The notes: generated by a model from the sequence alone, not told the origin. A stretch of 64,000 nt of DNA from Rhodocyclaceae bacterium (GCA_028714035.1 JAQTNA010000017.1:6750-70749), one strand, 5' to 3'. Shown: positions 1 through 9,784, counted from the first letter of the stretch. Numbers and translations are program-made.

Positions 1-2
1 GT

Positions 3-356
3 CACCACGAAATGGTGGGCATGCTACCGGACCAGGCGCCGGGGGCGGGCGAGGGCATGTGGTGCGATTTCTTCGGCCGCCCGGCCTGGACCATGACCCT
101 GGCGGCACGGCTCACCGAGGTGCCCGGCGTCACGGTGCTGACGGTCCTGGGCGAACGTCTGCCCGGTGGCGTGGGCTGGCACGTCCGCTTCGCGCCCTTC
201 GTGCAGACGCTGGAAGGCGACACGGCGGCCCGTGCCCGGACCATCAATCGGGAGATGGAGGGGCTGATCCTGCGTTTTCCCGCCCAATACCTGTGGAGCT
301 ACAATCGCTACAAGGTGCCGGAAGGTGTGCAGCCACCTGCTGCTGCCGATCAATGA
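3..356 (+). CDS. lipid A late acyltransferase (LpxL/HtrB/MsbB family), C-terminal part; 5' end lies outside the window
   Basis: The ORF is open at the left edge (same frame as track ORF 12..356). The C-terminal block GDTAARARTINREMEGLILRFPAQYLWSYNRYK is typical of LpxL-family enzymes. A paralogue follows directly downstream. Confidence 0.8.
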   Translation, partial: HHEMVGMLPDQAPGAGEGMWCDFFGRPAWTMTLAARLTEVPGVTVLTVLGERLPGGVGWHVRFAPFVQTLEGDTAARARTINREMEGLILRFPAQYLWSYNRYKVPEGVQPPAAADQ

Positions 357-514
357 ATTGCACCGCAGAGGCGCAGAGGCGCAGAGAAAGCCAGTTGCCG
401 GTAAGCCGCAAGCGGTCGGCGTTTTTGATTCTGACCATCTGCTTTCCGCCCACTGCCAACCAATTGCCGTTTCCCAAAGATTTCCTCCGCGACTCTGCGC
501 CTCTGCGGTTCGAG
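355..514. repeat. MITE-like interspersed element, copy 1 (CAGAGGCGCAGAG family)
   Basis: Terminal inverted repeats CACCGCAGAGGCGCAGAGGCGCAGAGAAA (361-389) and TTTCCTCCGCGACTCTGCGCCTCTGCGGTTCGAG (481-514). The same termini recur at 9785-9922 and 55967-56105, and as a variant at 60766-60896. The element begins at the stop codon of the upstream gene. Confidence 0.8.
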
Positions 515-528
515 TTGCTTTTTCCATC

Positions 529-1404
529 ATGCTGACAAGATTATTTATATTCGTCCTCTGGCTCCTGCACTGGCTGCCCCTGCCGTTCCTGGCCGTCCTG
601 GGCAATGGTCTGGGCATGCTGCTCTACGCCCTGGGGCGCGAGCGGCGCCGGGTGACACGTACCAATCTGCGTCTTTGTTTCCCCGACATGGGCGAAACCG
701 AGCGGGAAAAACTGGTGCGTGCTCATTTCCGGGCATTTGGGCGCAGTTTTCTGGAGCGCGGCCTGGCCTGGTGGGCATCCGGGGAGCGCCTGCGGCGGCT
801 GATACGTTTGAGCGGCGTGGAGCATCTCCAGGCCCTGTCCGGCCAACCCGTGATCCTGCTGGTGCCGCACTTCGTCGCCCTGGACATGGCCTGGATACGG
901 CTTACCCTGGATTTCCCCATGGCCGGCATGTACGCGAATCAGAAAAACCCTGTGTTCAACGAGGCCTTGCACAAGGGACGGGTCCGCTTCAACCAGCCGG
1001 TGGCGGTTTCCCGGCAGCAGGGCTGGCGTGCCAGCATGAAGGCCATCAAGAGCGGACGCCCCTTCTTCTATCTGCCGGACATGGACTACGGGCCGAAGGA
1101 GGCTCTGTTCGTGCCCTTCTTCGGCGTGCCGGCGGCCACCATCACCGGCCTGTCTCGCTTCGCCGCCGTGACCGGCGCCCGGGTGCTGCCCTGCCTCGTG
1201 CGGGCACTGGACGGGGGCGCGGGTTACCAGGTGAGTATCCTGCCACCCTGGCCGGACTATCCCAGCGGCGACCCGGAAGCGGATACCCGGCGCATGAACG
1301 CCTGCATCGAGGAGTGGGTGCGCGACATGCCCGAGCAGTACTACTGGGTGCATAAGCGTTTCAAGACCCGCCCCGAAGGCGAGAAGTCTTTCTACGACAG
1401 GTGA
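529..1404 (+). CDS. lipid A late acyltransferase (LpxL/LpxM family), second tandem paralogue
   Basis: Track ORF 325..1404 is trimmed to ATG 529 because 325-528 lies inside the repeat element. It has a hydrophobic anchor MLTRLFIFVLWLLHWLPLPFLAVLG, an HX4D acyltransferase motif in LLVPHFVALDM, and the family-typical C-terminal EQYYWVHKRFKTRP. Confidence 0.9.
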   Translation: MLTRLFIFVLWLLHWLPLPFLAVLGNGLGMLLYALGRERRRVTRTNLRLCFPDMGETEREKLVRAHFRAFGRSFLERGLAWWASGERLRRLIRLSGVEHLQALSGQPVILLVPHFVALDMAWIRLTLDFPMAGMYANQKNPVFNEALHKGRVRFNQPVAVSRQQGWRASMKAIKSGRPFFYLPDMDYGPKEALFVPFFGVPAATITGLSRFAAVTGARVLPCLVRALDGGAGYQVSILPPWPDYPSGDPEADTRRMNACIEEWVRDMPEQYYWVHKRFKTRPEGEKSFYDR

Positions 1405-1407
1405 AGC

Positions 1408-1938
1408 ATGAGCGGAAATATCGGGGTCGAAATACGGGCCGTGAGGGCCGATGAGGTGGAGGCCATCGGCGCCCTGGCCCGGGTGATCTGGCAGGCCGCC
1501 TACCTGGACATGATCGGCCAGGGGCAGATTGATTACATGCTGGCCCAGCGCTACGGCGCCGAGCGGATGCGCGAGGAACTGGCCCGGCCCGACATCTGGT
1601 GGCGGCAGATCCTCGTGGACGGCCAGCGTCTGGGCTTCTATGCCTGCCAGACCGGCGAGAAGCCGGGGGAGCTGAAGCTGGACAAGCTCTACGTGCACCC
1701 CGGACACCAGCGCCGGGGCCTGGGCGGCCGGCTCCTCGCCCATGCCAGCGAGCTTGCCCGCGGCCAGGGCTGCCATACCCTGGTGCTGGCCGTGCACAAG
1801 GGCAACGCGCCGGCGATCGCCGCCTACAAGAAACACGGCTTTGCCATCCGCGAACCGATCTATATAGACATCGGTGGCGGCTACGTGATGGACGACTATC
1901 TGATGGAAAAACGCCTGACGGCGGAGGCTAGAGACTAG
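1408..1938 (+). CDS. GNAT family N-acetyltransferase
   Basis: 176 aa. Acetyl-CoA binding motif LYVHPGHQRRGLGGRLL (Q/R-x-x-G-x-G/A). The start lies 4 nt after the upstream stop. Confidence 0.85.
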   Translation: MSGNIGVEIRAVRADEVEAIGALARVIWQAAYLDMIGQGQIDYMLAQRYGAERMREELARPDIWWRQILVDGQRLGFYACQTGEKPGELKLDKLYVHPGHQRRGLGGRLLAHASELARGQGCHTLVLAVHKGNAPAIAAYKKHGFAIREPIYIDIGGGYVMDDYLMEKRLTAEARD

Positions 1939-2021
1939 CAAATCAGAGGGGCTAGGGAATAGTTTGCGCGCGCAAAGCGCGCGGGGTAAAGTTTCTAGCC
2001 TTTAGCCTCCAGCCCCTACCC
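1923..2021. repeat. intercistronic hairpin element A (GC-rich apical hairpin with copy-specific arms)
   Basis: The apex CGCGCGC-AAA-GCGCGCG (1967-1983) is flanked by imperfectly complementary arms built from GGCTAG / CTAGCC words. It fills the GNAT to CoA-binding-protein spacer. Related elements are at 17660-17753, 31678-31781 and 52924-53022. Confidence 0.6.
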
Positions 2022-2025
2022 TGAA

Positions 2026-2499
2026 ATGTTCAAGAACCCCGACACCGCCGCCATTGCGGCGCTTTTGAAGAATGCGAAAATCATCGCAGTAGTGGGGCTC
2101 TCGCCCAAGCCCGGGCGGGACAGCCATCATGTGGCGGAGGAGATGCAACGCTTCGGCTATCGCATCATCCCCGTGCGGCCAGCCCTGGATTCCGTGTTGG
2201 GAGAGAAAGCCTACGGGAGCCTCTCGGACATTCCCCCGGAGTTGCGGGCGCAAATTGACATTGTGGATGTGTTTCGCGCCGCCGAGCACATCCCGGCCAT
2301 CGTGGACGAATGCCTGGCCCTGGGCCTGAAGACGCTCTGGGTGCAACTGGGCATCGTGCATGAAGAGGCGGCGGAAAAGGCCGTGGCCAACGGCATGACC
2401 GTGATCATGGACCGCTGCATCTACGTGGATCGCATGCGCCTCGTCGGCAACGACCAGGAGCGTCCTGTCCTCGACTCTCCACCCTCGACTCGCGACTGA
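2026..2499 (+). CDS. CoA-binding domain protein (YccU/YneT family)
   Basis: 157 aa. The N-terminal pattern [40 protein letters not shown] is typical of the small CoA-binding Rossmann family. Confidence 0.85.
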   Translation: MFKNPDTAAIAALLKNAKIIAVVGLSPKPGRDSHHVAEEMQRFGYRIIPVRPALDSVLGEKAYGSLSDIPPELRAQIDIVDVFRAAEHIPAIVDECLALGLKTLWVQLGIVHEEAAEKAVANGMTVIMDRCIYVDRMRLVGNDQERPVLDSPPSTRD

Positions 2500-2503
2500 C
2501 AAA

Positions 2504-3334
2504 ATGAAAATCCGTTTCACCAAGATGCACGGCCTGGGCAACGACTTCGTGGTACTCGATGCCGTGCGCCAGAAAATCGAGTTGACACCCGATCTGGCGC
2601 GCCACCTGGGCGACCGGCATTTCGGCATCGGCTGCGACCAGATTCTGGTGGTGGAGGCGCCGCGCCTGCCGGACACCGACTTCCGTTACCGCATCTTCAA
2701 CAGCGATGGCGGCGAGGTGGAGCAGTGCGGCAACGGTGCGCGCTGTTTCGCCCGGTTCGTGCAGGAGGAAGGCCTCTGCGAGAAGCGGGAAATTCGGGTC
2801 GAGACCCAAGGCGGCATCATTGCCCCGCGTCTCACGGATGACGGCCAGGTGACGGTGGACATGGGGGTACCGCGCTTTGCCCCGGCGGAGATTCCCTTCC
2901 TGAGCGATGACGACGCGCCCGTGCAGACCCTGGACGTGGCGGGCAGGGCGGTGGACATCAGTGCCGTGAGCATGGGCAACCCCCATGCGGTGCAGGTCGT
3001 GGCCGATGTGGACACGGCTCCGGTGGCCGAGCAGGGTCCGCTCATCGAACATCATCCCCGCTTCCCGCAGAGGGTGAACGCCGGCTTCATGCAGGTCGTG
3101 GCACGCCACGCCGTCCATCTGAGGGTGTTCGAGCGCGGCGCGGGCGAGACCCTGGCCTGTGGCACCGGCGCCTGTGCCGCAGTGGTGGCGGGCATACGCC
3201 GTGGCCTTCTGGATACGCCGGTGCGGGTCACGACCCGGGGCGGGGAACTGAATATCGCCTGGGACGGCCCCGGCAAGCCGGTGCTCATGACCGGGCCGGC
3301 GGTGACCGTGTTCCGGGGCGAGATCGAAATTTGA
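2504..3334 (+). CDS. dapF: diaminopimelate epimerase
   Basis: 276 aa. N-terminus [19 protein letters not shown]. Both catalytic Cys motifs are present: [17 protein letters not shown] and [13 protein letters not shown]. Confidence 0.97.
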   Translation: MKIRFTKMHGLGNDFVVLDAVRQKIELTPDLARHLGDRHFGIGCDQILVVEAPRLPDTDFRYRIFNSDGGEVEQCGNGARCFARFVQEEGLCEKREIRVETQGGIIAPRLTDDGQVTVDMGVPRFAPAEIPFLSDDDAPVQTLDVAGRAVDISAVSMGNPHAVQVVADVDTAPVAEQGPLIEHHPRFPQRVNAGFMQVVARHAVHLRVFERGAGETLACGTGACAAVVAGIRRGLLDTPVRVTTRGGELNIAWDGPGKPVLMTGPAVTVFRGEIEI

Positions 3335-3402
3335 CGAAATTTGACGCATGGGTGCCGCAACGGCGAAGATGCGTCCTTGAACCGGTTTCTGAAAGACTCA
3401 CC

Positions 3403-4062
3403 ATGACAGCAGACGACGTTGCAGCTTTTCTCCAGGCAAACCCGGATTTTTTCGAGGATTACCATGAACTGCTGGCGCACCTGAACGTTCCCCATCCCCA
3501 TGGCGGACGGACCATATCCATCACTGAGCGCCAGGTTCTCACGCTGAGGGAGAAAAGCCGGCAACTTGAGACTAAAATGGTCGAACTTCTGCGATTCGGG
3601 GAGGAAAATGACGCCATCGGCGAGAAGGTGCATCGGCTGTCCATCGCCCTGGCCTCGGCGCTGGAAGCCGATACCGCCCTGGCGGCGGTGCGCTCCCACC
3701 TGGTGGAGGATTTCCAGGTGCCCCATGTGGCGCTGCGCCTGTGGGGTACGGCCACCCGCATCGAGTCGCCGGAATTCGGGACCGTGGCGGTTGCCACCCG
3801 CTCCTATGCGGCCGGTCTCAAGCATCCCTATTGCGGACCCAACGCCGGTTTCGAAGCCGCGACCTGGTTCGGCGAGGACGCCGCCCAGATCCATTCCCTG
3901 GCCCTGGTGCCCCTGCGCCGTGGGCCCGGCGAGGCCGAGGTGGTGGGCCTCCTGGCCCTGGGCTCGGAAGAGTCGGAGCGCTTCTACGCCGGCATGGGCA
4001 CGGTGTTCCTGGAACGCATCGGCGATCTGGTCAGTGCCAGCCTGCTCCGGGTATTGGGATGA
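3403..4062 (+). CDS. DUF484 family protein (YigA-like)
   Basis: Track ORF 3331..4062 is trimmed to ATG 3403 (MTADDVAAFLQANPDFFEDYHELL, the usual DUF484 N-terminus). It sits in the conserved dapF-DUF484-xerC arrangement. Confidence 0.85.
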   Translation: MTADDVAAFLQANPDFFEDYHELLAHLNVPHPHGGRTISITERQVLTLREKSRQLETKMVELLRFGEENDAIGEKVHRLSIALASALEADTALAAVRSHLVEDFQVPHVALRLWGTATRIESPEFGTVAVATRSYAAGLKHPYCGPNAGFEAATWFGEDAAQIHSLALVPLRRGPGEAEVVGLLALGSEESERFYAGMGTVFLERIGDLVSASLLRVLG

Positions 4063-4090
4063 TGGTCCGCGCGGGGTCGGAGAGTCTTTC

Positions 4091-4158
4091 GTAGGTCGGG
4101 ATTCATCCCGACACCGGCTCGTCGCGGCCGGCTCCTGTCGGGATGAATCCCGACCTAC
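4091..4158. repeat. REP-type palindromic pair (GTAGGTCGGGATTCATCCCGAC units in inverted orientation)
   Basis: Unit GTAGGTCGGGATTCATCCCGAC at 4091-4112 and its reverse complement at 4137-4158, separated by 24 nt. Further units are at 5075-5103 and 6323-5345-type variant 6323-6345, with a half unit at 61693-61712. Confidence 0.85.
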
Positions 4159-4175
4159 AGTTCGAGGTTCATGCC

Positions 4176-5078
4176 ATGCCGCTCCAGGGTTCCGACGCTC
4201 GTGCTGCCGCCGATGTCTGGCTGAAGGAACTGGCGGAACAGCGCCGGCTCAGTCCCCATACGGTGGAAGGCTATGGGCGGGATCTGGCATCCCTGCTGGA
4301 GATGGCCGGCACGACGCCCCTGGAGCAGTTGCAAGCCCAGGACATCCGGCGTGCCGTCGCCCGCCTCCATGCCAGGAATCTCTCCGGCCGGTCCCTGGCG
4401 CGCATGCTCTCCGCCTGGCGCGGCTTCTACCGCTGGCTGGGCCGGCGGCACCTGGTGGCGGTGAACCCGGTGCAGACGGTGCGTCCGCCCAAGTCCAGGC
4501 AAGCCCTGCCCTCCGTCTTGTCCCCCGATCAGGCGAACGCCCTACTGGATGGGGTCGTGGAAGACGTGCTGGAACTGCGCGACCGCGCCATGTTCGAACT
4601 GTTCTATTCCTCGGGCCTGCGCCTGTCGGAACTGGCGAGCCTGGACTGCGGGGGGGGCCTGGACCTGAAGGAGGGCGAGGTGACCGTCACGGGCAAGCGG
4701 GGCAAGACCCGGTTGGTGCCCGTGGGCGCTTCCGCCCGGGCTGCGATTGAAGCCTGGCTGGCGCACCGCTCCGGGATTTCAACCGGTGATGAACCGGCCC
4801 TGTTCCTCGGTCGACGCGGCACCCGGCTCTCCGTGCGCAGCATCCAGGTGCGGCTGGAACGCTGGGGACTGAAGCGCGGCCTGGGCGTCCATGTCCATCC
4901 CCACATGCTGCGCCATTCCTTCGCCAGCCACGTGCTGCAATCCAGCGGCGACCTGCGCGCGGTACAGGAAATGCTGGGCCACTCCAGCATCGCCAGCACC
5001 CAGATCTACACCCACCTGGACTTCCAGCACCTGGCCCAGGTCTACGACGCCGCCCATCCCCGGGCAAAGAAAAAGTAG
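4176..5078 (+). CDS. xerC: tyrosine recombinase XerC
   Basis: Track ORF starts at 4143, but that ATG lies inside the REP unit, so ATG 4176 (MPLQGSD...) is preferred. The tyrosine recombinase catalytic region is present: HPHMLRHSFASHVL ... LGHSSIASTQIYTHL. Synteny with dapF supports the call. Confidence 0.93.
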   Translation: MPLQGSDARAAADVWLKELAEQRRLSPHTVEGYGRDLASLLEMAGTTPLEQLQAQDIRRAVARLHARNLSGRSLARMLSAWRGFYRWLGRRHLVAVNPVQTVRPPKSRQALPSVLSPDQANALLDGVVEDVLELRDRAMFELFYSSGLRLSELASLDCGGGLDLKEGEVTVTGKRGKTRLVPVGASARAAIEAWLAHRSGISTGDEPALFLGRRGTRLSVRSIQVRLERWGLKRGLGVHVHPHMLRHSFASHVLQSSGDLRAVQEMLGHSSIASTQIYTHLDFQHLAQVYDAAHPRAKKK

Positions 5079-5103
5079 GTCGGGATTCATCCCGACAGGA
5101 GCC
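5075..5103. repeat. REP unit (GTAGGTCGGGATTCATCCCGACAGGAGCC)
   Basis: Identical to the reverse complement of 4130-4158. The xerC stop codon TAG (5076-5078) lies inside the unit. Confidence 0.85.
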
Positions 5104-5112
5104 TCAATTCTC

Positions 5113-6300
5113 ATGACATCTCTCATCCTGAAACCCGGCAAGGAAAAATCCCTCTGGCGCCACCATCCCTGGATTTTCGCCGGGGCCGTGGAGCGGGTCG
5201 ACGGGCGCGTGCGTGTCGGTGACACCGTGACCGTGATGTCCGCCGAGGGCCAGGCCCTGGGCCGGGCGGCGTTCAGCCCGGAATCCAGCATCCGGGCGCG
5301 CATGTGGAGCTTCGATCCCGCCGAGACGGTGGATGATGCCTTCTTCAAACGCAAGGTGGCCCAGGCCGTGGCGCGCCGGGAAGCCCTGCCGGAACTGCGC
5401 GGACAGGACGGCTTGCGCCTGGTGCACGGGGAGGCGGACGGCCTGCCCGGCGTGGTCGCGGATCGTTACGGCGATACGGTGGTGCTGCAACTCGGGAGCG
5501 CCGGGGCGGACAAGTGGCGCCGTGCGATTGCCAACGCCCTGGCCCAGGTGACGGGCTGCGCCCGGATATTCGAGCGCTCGGACATGGATGTGCGCGCCCT
5601 GGAAGGGCTGCCGCCCGCCACCGGGCCGCTCCTGGGGGAGGCACCCGAGGAGCCGCTCACCATCGTCGAAAACGGCGTGCAGTACCTGGTGGATGTGGTG
5701 CAGGGGCACAAGACCGGCTTCTACCTGGATCAGAGGGAGAACCGGCGCTACCTGGGCGAACTCTCCGAGGGCCGGGACGTGCTGAACTGCTTCTGCTACA
5801 CGGGCGGCTTCTCGCTCCAGGCCCTGAAGGGCGGGGCGAAATCGGTGCTCTCCCTGGATAGCTCGGCTGAGGCCCTGGCTCTCGCGAAGAAGAACGCCGC
5901 CTTGAATGGCTGGGCTGACGACGGGCGGGCCGAGTGGCGGGAGGCGGACGTGTTCTCGGCCCTGCGCACGCTCAGGGAGGAGGGGCGAAGCTTCGATCTG
6001 GTGGTGCTGGACCCGCCCAAGTTCGCCCCCACCGCCGGCCATGCCGAGAAGGCGGCGCGGGCCTACAAGGACATCGCCCTGAACGGCCTGAAACTCCTGC
6101 GCCCCGGTGGCCTGCTGTTCACCTACTCCTGCTCCGGCGGCATCCCCATGGACCTGTTCCGCAAGATCACCGCCGGTGCCGCCTGGGACGCGGGCGTGGA
6201 AGTGCGCCTCCTGCGCCAACTCTCCGCCGGCCCGGACCATCCCGTGTCGCTCAACTTCCCGGAAGGGGAATACCTCAAGGGCCTGGTGGGGCAGGTGTAG
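5113..6300 (+). CDS. rlmI: class I SAM-dependent 23S rRNA (cytosine-C5) methyltransferase, RlmI-like
   Basis: Track ORF 4891..6300 is trimmed to ATG 5113. It has a PUA-like N-terminus (LILKPGKEKSLWRHHPWIFAGAV), a SAM-binding segment VLNCFCYTGGFSL, and a catalytic segment LVVLDPPKF ... TYSCSG. Confidence 0.85.
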   Translation: MTSLILKPGKEKSLWRHHPWIFAGAVERVDGRVRVGDTVTVMSAEGQALGRAAFSPESSIRARMWSFDPAETVDDAFFKRKVAQAVARREALPELRGQDGLRLVHGEADGLPGVVADRYGDTVVLQLGSAGADKWRRAIANALAQVTGCARIFERSDMDVRALEGLPPATGPLLGEAPEEPLTIVENGVQYLVDVVQGHKTGFYLDQRENRRYLGELSEGRDVLNCFCYTGGFSLQALKGGAKSVLSLDSSAEALALAKKNAALNGWADDGRAEWREADVFSALRTLREEGRSFDLVVLDPPKFAPTAGHAEKAARAYKDIALNGLKLLRPGGLLFTYSCSGGIPMDLFRKITAGAAWDAGVEVRLLRQLSAGPDHPVSLNFPEGEYLKGLVGQV

Positions 6301-6322
6301 GGTAAACTTCGCGCCCTGCGAT

Positions 6323-6345
6323 TGTCGGGCTGAAGCCCGACCTAC
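6323..6345. repeat. REP unit variant (TGTCGGGCTGAAGCCCGACCTAC)
   Basis: Same stem as the 4091/5075 units with the loop changed to CTGAAG. It lies in the rlmI-rep spacer. Confidence 0.7.
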
Positions 6346-6374
6346 GGCCCGACCGACGCCCAACCTGTAAACCC

Positions 6375-8372
6375 ATGTCCCACCACCTCAATCCTCCCCA
6401 GCGCGAAGCCATCAAATACCTGGACGGGCCGCTCCTGGTGCTGGCCGGCGCCGGTTCGGGCAAGACGCGGGTCATCACGCAGAAGATCGCCCACCTGGTG
6501 CAGGTCTGCGAGCTGAATCCGGCCCACATCGCGGCCATCACCTTCACCAACAAGGCGGCCAAGGAGATGAAGGAGCGGGTGGCCAAGCTCATGCCGGGCC
6601 AGTCGGCGGCTGCGCTCAATGTCTCCACCTTCCACGCCCTGGGGGCGAAGATATTGCGCCTGGAGGCCAAGGCCCTGCATCTGAAGCCCTCGTTCTCCAT
6701 CCTGGATGCCTCGGATACCCTGGGCATACTTTCGGAACTGGCCAAGGAGTCGGACAAGGCGCGCCTCAAAGGCATGCAATGGAAGATTTCCGCCTGGAAG
6801 AACGCCATGATAGGGCCGGATTCCGCCGCGAGCCACGCCCAGGATGAGCTGGAACTGGCGGCGGCCCGGGTGTTCGGCGACTACGAGCGGGCGCTGCGGG
6901 CCTACCAGGCGGTGGATTTCGACGACCTGATCCGGCTGCCGGTGCAACTCTGGCAGGACGACCCGGAGATCCTGGCCCGCTGGCAGGGGCGGCTGCGTTA
7001 CCTCTTGGTGGACGAATACCAGGACACCAACCGCTGCCAGTACCTGCTGCTGAAGCTCCTGGCCGGTGCCCGGGGGGCGTTCACGGCGGTGGGCGACGAC
7101 GACCAGGCCATCTATGCCTGGCGCGGGGCGGACGTGGAGAATCTGCGCCAGTTGCAGCGGGACTACCCGAACCTGAAGGTGATCAAGCTGGAGCAGAACT
7201 ACCGTTCCAGCGCCCGCATCCTGAATGCCGCCAACACGCTCATCGCCAACAACGACAAGCTGTTCGAGAAGCGGCTCTGGTCCGAGCACGGGCCGGGCGA
7301 CCACATCCAGGTGTCCGTCTGCCGGGACGCGGAACACGAGGCCGAGGCGGTGGTGATGAAGCTCCTGGCGCACAAGTTCCAGAGCCGGGCCAAGTTCTCC
7401 GATTACGCCATCCTCTACCGGGGCAACTACCAGGCGCGTGCCTTCGAGCAGCAACTACGAAACCACAAGGTGCCCTATCTTCTGTCGGGCGGCCAGTCCT
7501 TCTTTGACAAGGCGGAAATCAAGGACATCACCTGCTACCTGCGCTTGATCGTGAACGGCGACGACGATCCGGCCTTCATCCGGGCAGTGACCACTCCCCG
7601 GCGCGGCGTCGGCACGTCTACCCTGGAGGCCCTGGGTTCGTACGCGGGCAGGCGCCATGTGAGCCTGATGCATGCCGCCTTCGAGTCCGGGGCCGAACAG
7701 CATGTGCCGGCCAAGCAACTGGAGGCGGTGCGGGAATTCGGCAACTTCATCTCACGCCTGGAATTTCGGGCGAAGAGCGAGGCCCCGGCGACGCTCCTGG
7801 AGGACATGCTCCGGGCCATCGGCTACGAGCACTTCCTTTTCGAGCACTGCGAGGCGCGGGAGGCCGAGACCAAGTGGGCCAACGTGAGGGATTTCGTCGG
7901 CTGGCTGGGCAAGAAGGGCGAGGAGGAGGGTAAGAGCCTGTTGGATCTGACCCAGTCCATCGCCCTCATCTCCATGCTGGACAAGGATGCCGGGGAGCAG
8001 GATGCGGTGCAACTGGCGACGCTGCACGCCGCCAAGGGCCTGGAGTTCGGCCACGTGTTCCTGGTGGGGGTGGAGGAGGGCATCCTGCCGCACCGGGAAT
8101 CCCAGGACGACGCCAAGATCGAGGAGGAGCGCCGCCTCATGTACGTGGGCATCACCCGTGCCCAGAGGAGCCTGCATCTGTCCTACTGCGCCCGGCGCAA
8201 GATGGGCAAGGAAATCCGCCACTGCGAACCCAGCCGCTTCATCGAGGAGATGTCCGGCGACGGCGCCGACATCAGGAAGATCGGCGGCAAGGATGCCGAA
8301 CCTACTCGGGAGGCAGGGCTTGCGGGTCTGGCCGCCGCTAGAGCAGCGCTTGGGGGTGGTGCGAAAAAATAA
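6375..8372 (+). CDS. rep: ATP-dependent DNA helicase Rep (SF1, UvrD/Rep family)
   Basis: 665 aa. Helicase motifs seen: LAGAGSGKTRVITQKIAHL (I), YLLVDEYQDTN (II), ILYRGNYQARAFE, ATLHAAKGLEF and RRLMYVGITRAQ. Confidence 0.93.
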   Translation: MSHHLNPPQREAIKYLDGPLLVLAGAGSGKTRVITQKIAHLVQVCELNPAHIAAITFTNKAAKEMKERVAKLMPGQSAAALNVSTFHALGAKILRLEAKALHLKPSFSILDASDTLGILSELAKESDKARLKGMQWKISAWKNAMIGPDSAASHAQDELELAAARVFGDYERALRAYQAVDFDDLIRLPVQLWQDDPEILARWQGRLRYLLVDEYQDTNRCQYLLLKLLAGARGAFTAVGDDDQAIYAWRGADVENLRQLQRDYPNLKVIKLEQNYRSSARILNAANTLIANNDKLFEKRLWSEHGPGDHIQVSVCRDAEHEAEAVVMKLLAHKFQSRAKFSDYAILYRGNYQARAFEQQLRNHKVPYLLSGGQSFFDKAEIKDITCYLRLIVNGDDDPAFIRAVTTPRRGVGTSTLEALGSYAGRRHVSLMHAAFESGAEQHVPAKQLEAVREFGNFISRLEFRAKSEAPATLLEDMLRAIGYEHFLFEHCEAREAETKWANVRDFVGWLGKKGEEEGKSLLDLTQSIALISMLDKDAGEQDAVQLATLHAAKGLEFGHVFLVGVEEGILPHRESQDDAKIEEERRLMYVGITRAQRSLHLSYCARRKMGKEIRHCEPSRFIEEMSGDGADIRKIGGKDAEPTREAGLAGLAAARAALGGGAKK

Positions 8373-8424
8373 ATCCTTGCTCCACGCGGGGCAAGCATCA
8401 TCGCGGTAACTACTCACCATCTAT

Positions 8425-8853
8425 TCACGCTACCGTCCAATCCTCCAGTTTCAGTCCTTCCACTATGGAAAACTCGTCCTGGTTGTGGGTCACGAGAATG
8501 GCGCCGAGGCTGAGAGCGTGGGCCGCGATCAGGGTGTCCATGGCGCCGATGGGGCGGCCGCGTTGTTCCAGGTCGGCACGAACGCCCCCCGCGATCAGGG
8601 CGGCCGGTTCATCGAAGGGGGCGATCCGGAAATCCAGCAGAAATTCGGAGAGTACCGCGTCGTTGGCCTTGCGCCAGCGGCTTTTCCTTACGCCGTAGCT
8701 CAGTTCAAAGACGACCACGCTGGATAAGTACACCTGGGCGTCGCTCGGCAGGGCTTCGAGCCGGGCCAGGATGCGTTGCTGGAACTCGGGCTGGCGCCCG
8801 GTCAGCAGGTAGATGCAGATGTTGGTGTCGAGCAGGTAATCCATGGCGATCAC
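8425..8853 (-). CDS. vapC: type II toxin VapC (PIN-domain ribonuclease)
   Basis: 142 aa. The N-terminus YLLDTNICIYLL carries the PIN acidic residue. It lies immediately downstream of an AbrB/SpoVT-type antitoxin gene with a 3-nt gap. Confidence 0.9.
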   Translation of the reverse strand: MIAMDYLLDTNICIYLLTGRQPEFQQRILARLEALPSDAQVYLSSVVVFELSYGVRKSRWRKANDAVLSEFLLDFRIAPFDEPAALIAGGVRADLEQRGRPIGAMDTLIAAHALSLGAILVTHNQDEFSIVEGLKLEDWTVA

Positions 8854-8856
8854 CCT

Positions 8857-9081
8857 TCACCACTGCCGTTCGTCAAATCCTTCCGCCTGCGGGCGATCCA
8901 GTTCGCCCTGGACCTGGCCGATGCAGGCCCGGACATGGCGCCAGCGGGAGGCCGGCTTAGGAATCAATACCACCGTATCGCCTTCGCGCCGGATGAATAC
9001 CTCGTCCACATCGAAGCGAAATTCCTTCGGCAGGCGCACCGCCTGGCTGTTGCCTTGCTTGAATACCTTGGTCGTAATCAT
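8857..9081 (-). CDS. vapB: type II antitoxin VapB (AbrB/MazE/SpoVT family)
   Basis: 74 aa. [23 protein letters not shown] is the SpoVT/AbrB swapped-hairpin signature. A GGGAG RBS lies upstream. Confidence 0.9.
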   Translation of the reverse strand: MITTKVFKQGNSQAVRLPKEFRFDVDEVFIRREGDTVVLIPKPASRWRHVRACIGQVQGELDRPQAEGFDERQW

Positions 9082-9178
9082 TGCACACTCCCGTTTGTGG
9101 GAACGGCTAAGTATATACGGGGCGCTTCGGTTTGGACAATGGCTGCTGCGGTTTCCCGGAAAGGAGGGCGATTTCTCC

Positions 9179-9766
9179 TCAGTCCACCACGAACCGGAAC
9201 TGGTCGCCCTGGTGGCTGCCGAAGAGGATGGTGTCGCCGGAGACGAGGGCCGCTTCGCTCACGGACTCGTTGGTGTGGGTGTTGAGGAAGGTACCGTTGG
9301 TGGACTCCAGGTCGCGCAGCACGGGCTTGCCGTCCACCAGGCCGATCCAGGCGTGGTGAGCCGAGACGCGGGTGTCGGGGATCACGACGTCGCAGGACTG
9401 GTGGCGTCCCACCGTGATGCCGGAGGTGGCGATGGGATATTTCCTGCCCCTCTGGCTGCCGGTGAGGCCGACCAGATGGGCGCCGGATACGCTGACGGGC
9501 GCCGCCCCCGCCCTTTGCAGCAGCACGGCGTGGGCGGATTCCAGGGGCGGCCGGATATGGACCTTGGTGGCGTCCGGATCGTAGGCTTCCGCCGGGCTTG
9601 CCGCGGGAAGGTCCACGAGCGGGCCATGACGGGCGGGCGGCGCCGCCTCGTCGTTAGCCTGGGGTCGGGTGACGGTCTGCTCCAGCTTTCGCAGGCGCGC
9701 CCACAGCATCAGGATGACGATCAGGAGGCCCGCGATCAGGGCAATCAGCAAGGAAATGATGAGCAT
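9179..9766 (-). CDS. FHA domain-containing membrane protein
   Basis: 195 aa. N-terminal TM helix [22 protein letters not shown], then a Pro/Ala-rich linker. The C-terminal FHA signature is [25 protein letters not shown]...[13 protein letters not shown]. Confidence 0.85.
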   Translation of the reverse strand: MLIISLLIALIAGLLIVILMLWARLRKLEQTVTRPQANDEAAPPARHGPLVDLPAASPAEAYDPDATKVHIRPPLESAHAVLLQRAGAAPVSVSGAHLVGLTGSQRGRKYPIATSGITVGRHQSCDVVIPDTRVSAHHAWIGLVDGKPVLRDLESTNGTFLNTHTNESVSEAALVSGDTILFGSHQGDQFRFVVD

Positions 9767-9784
9767 GATCCTACAATAAGCACT

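Noticed and set aside
541-1941. 466-aa minus-strand ORF
   Set aside because: It is antisense to the lpxL paralogue and the GNAT gene. It is Gly/Ala/Pro/His-rich with no recognisable motifs, so it is a high-GC shadow ORF.
4143-4175. Upstream ATG (4143) as the xerC start
   Set aside because: That ATG and the next 5 codons lie entirely within a REP unit (GGATGAATCCCGACCTAC). ATG 4176 gives a normal XerC N-terminus. It is retained only as an alternative.
4176-5078. XerC as the integrase responsible for the dnd island
   Set aside because: It lies 28 kb away in the conserved dapF-DUF484-xerC housekeeping context and has the features of the chromosome dimer-resolution recombinase. No integrase is adjacent to the island.
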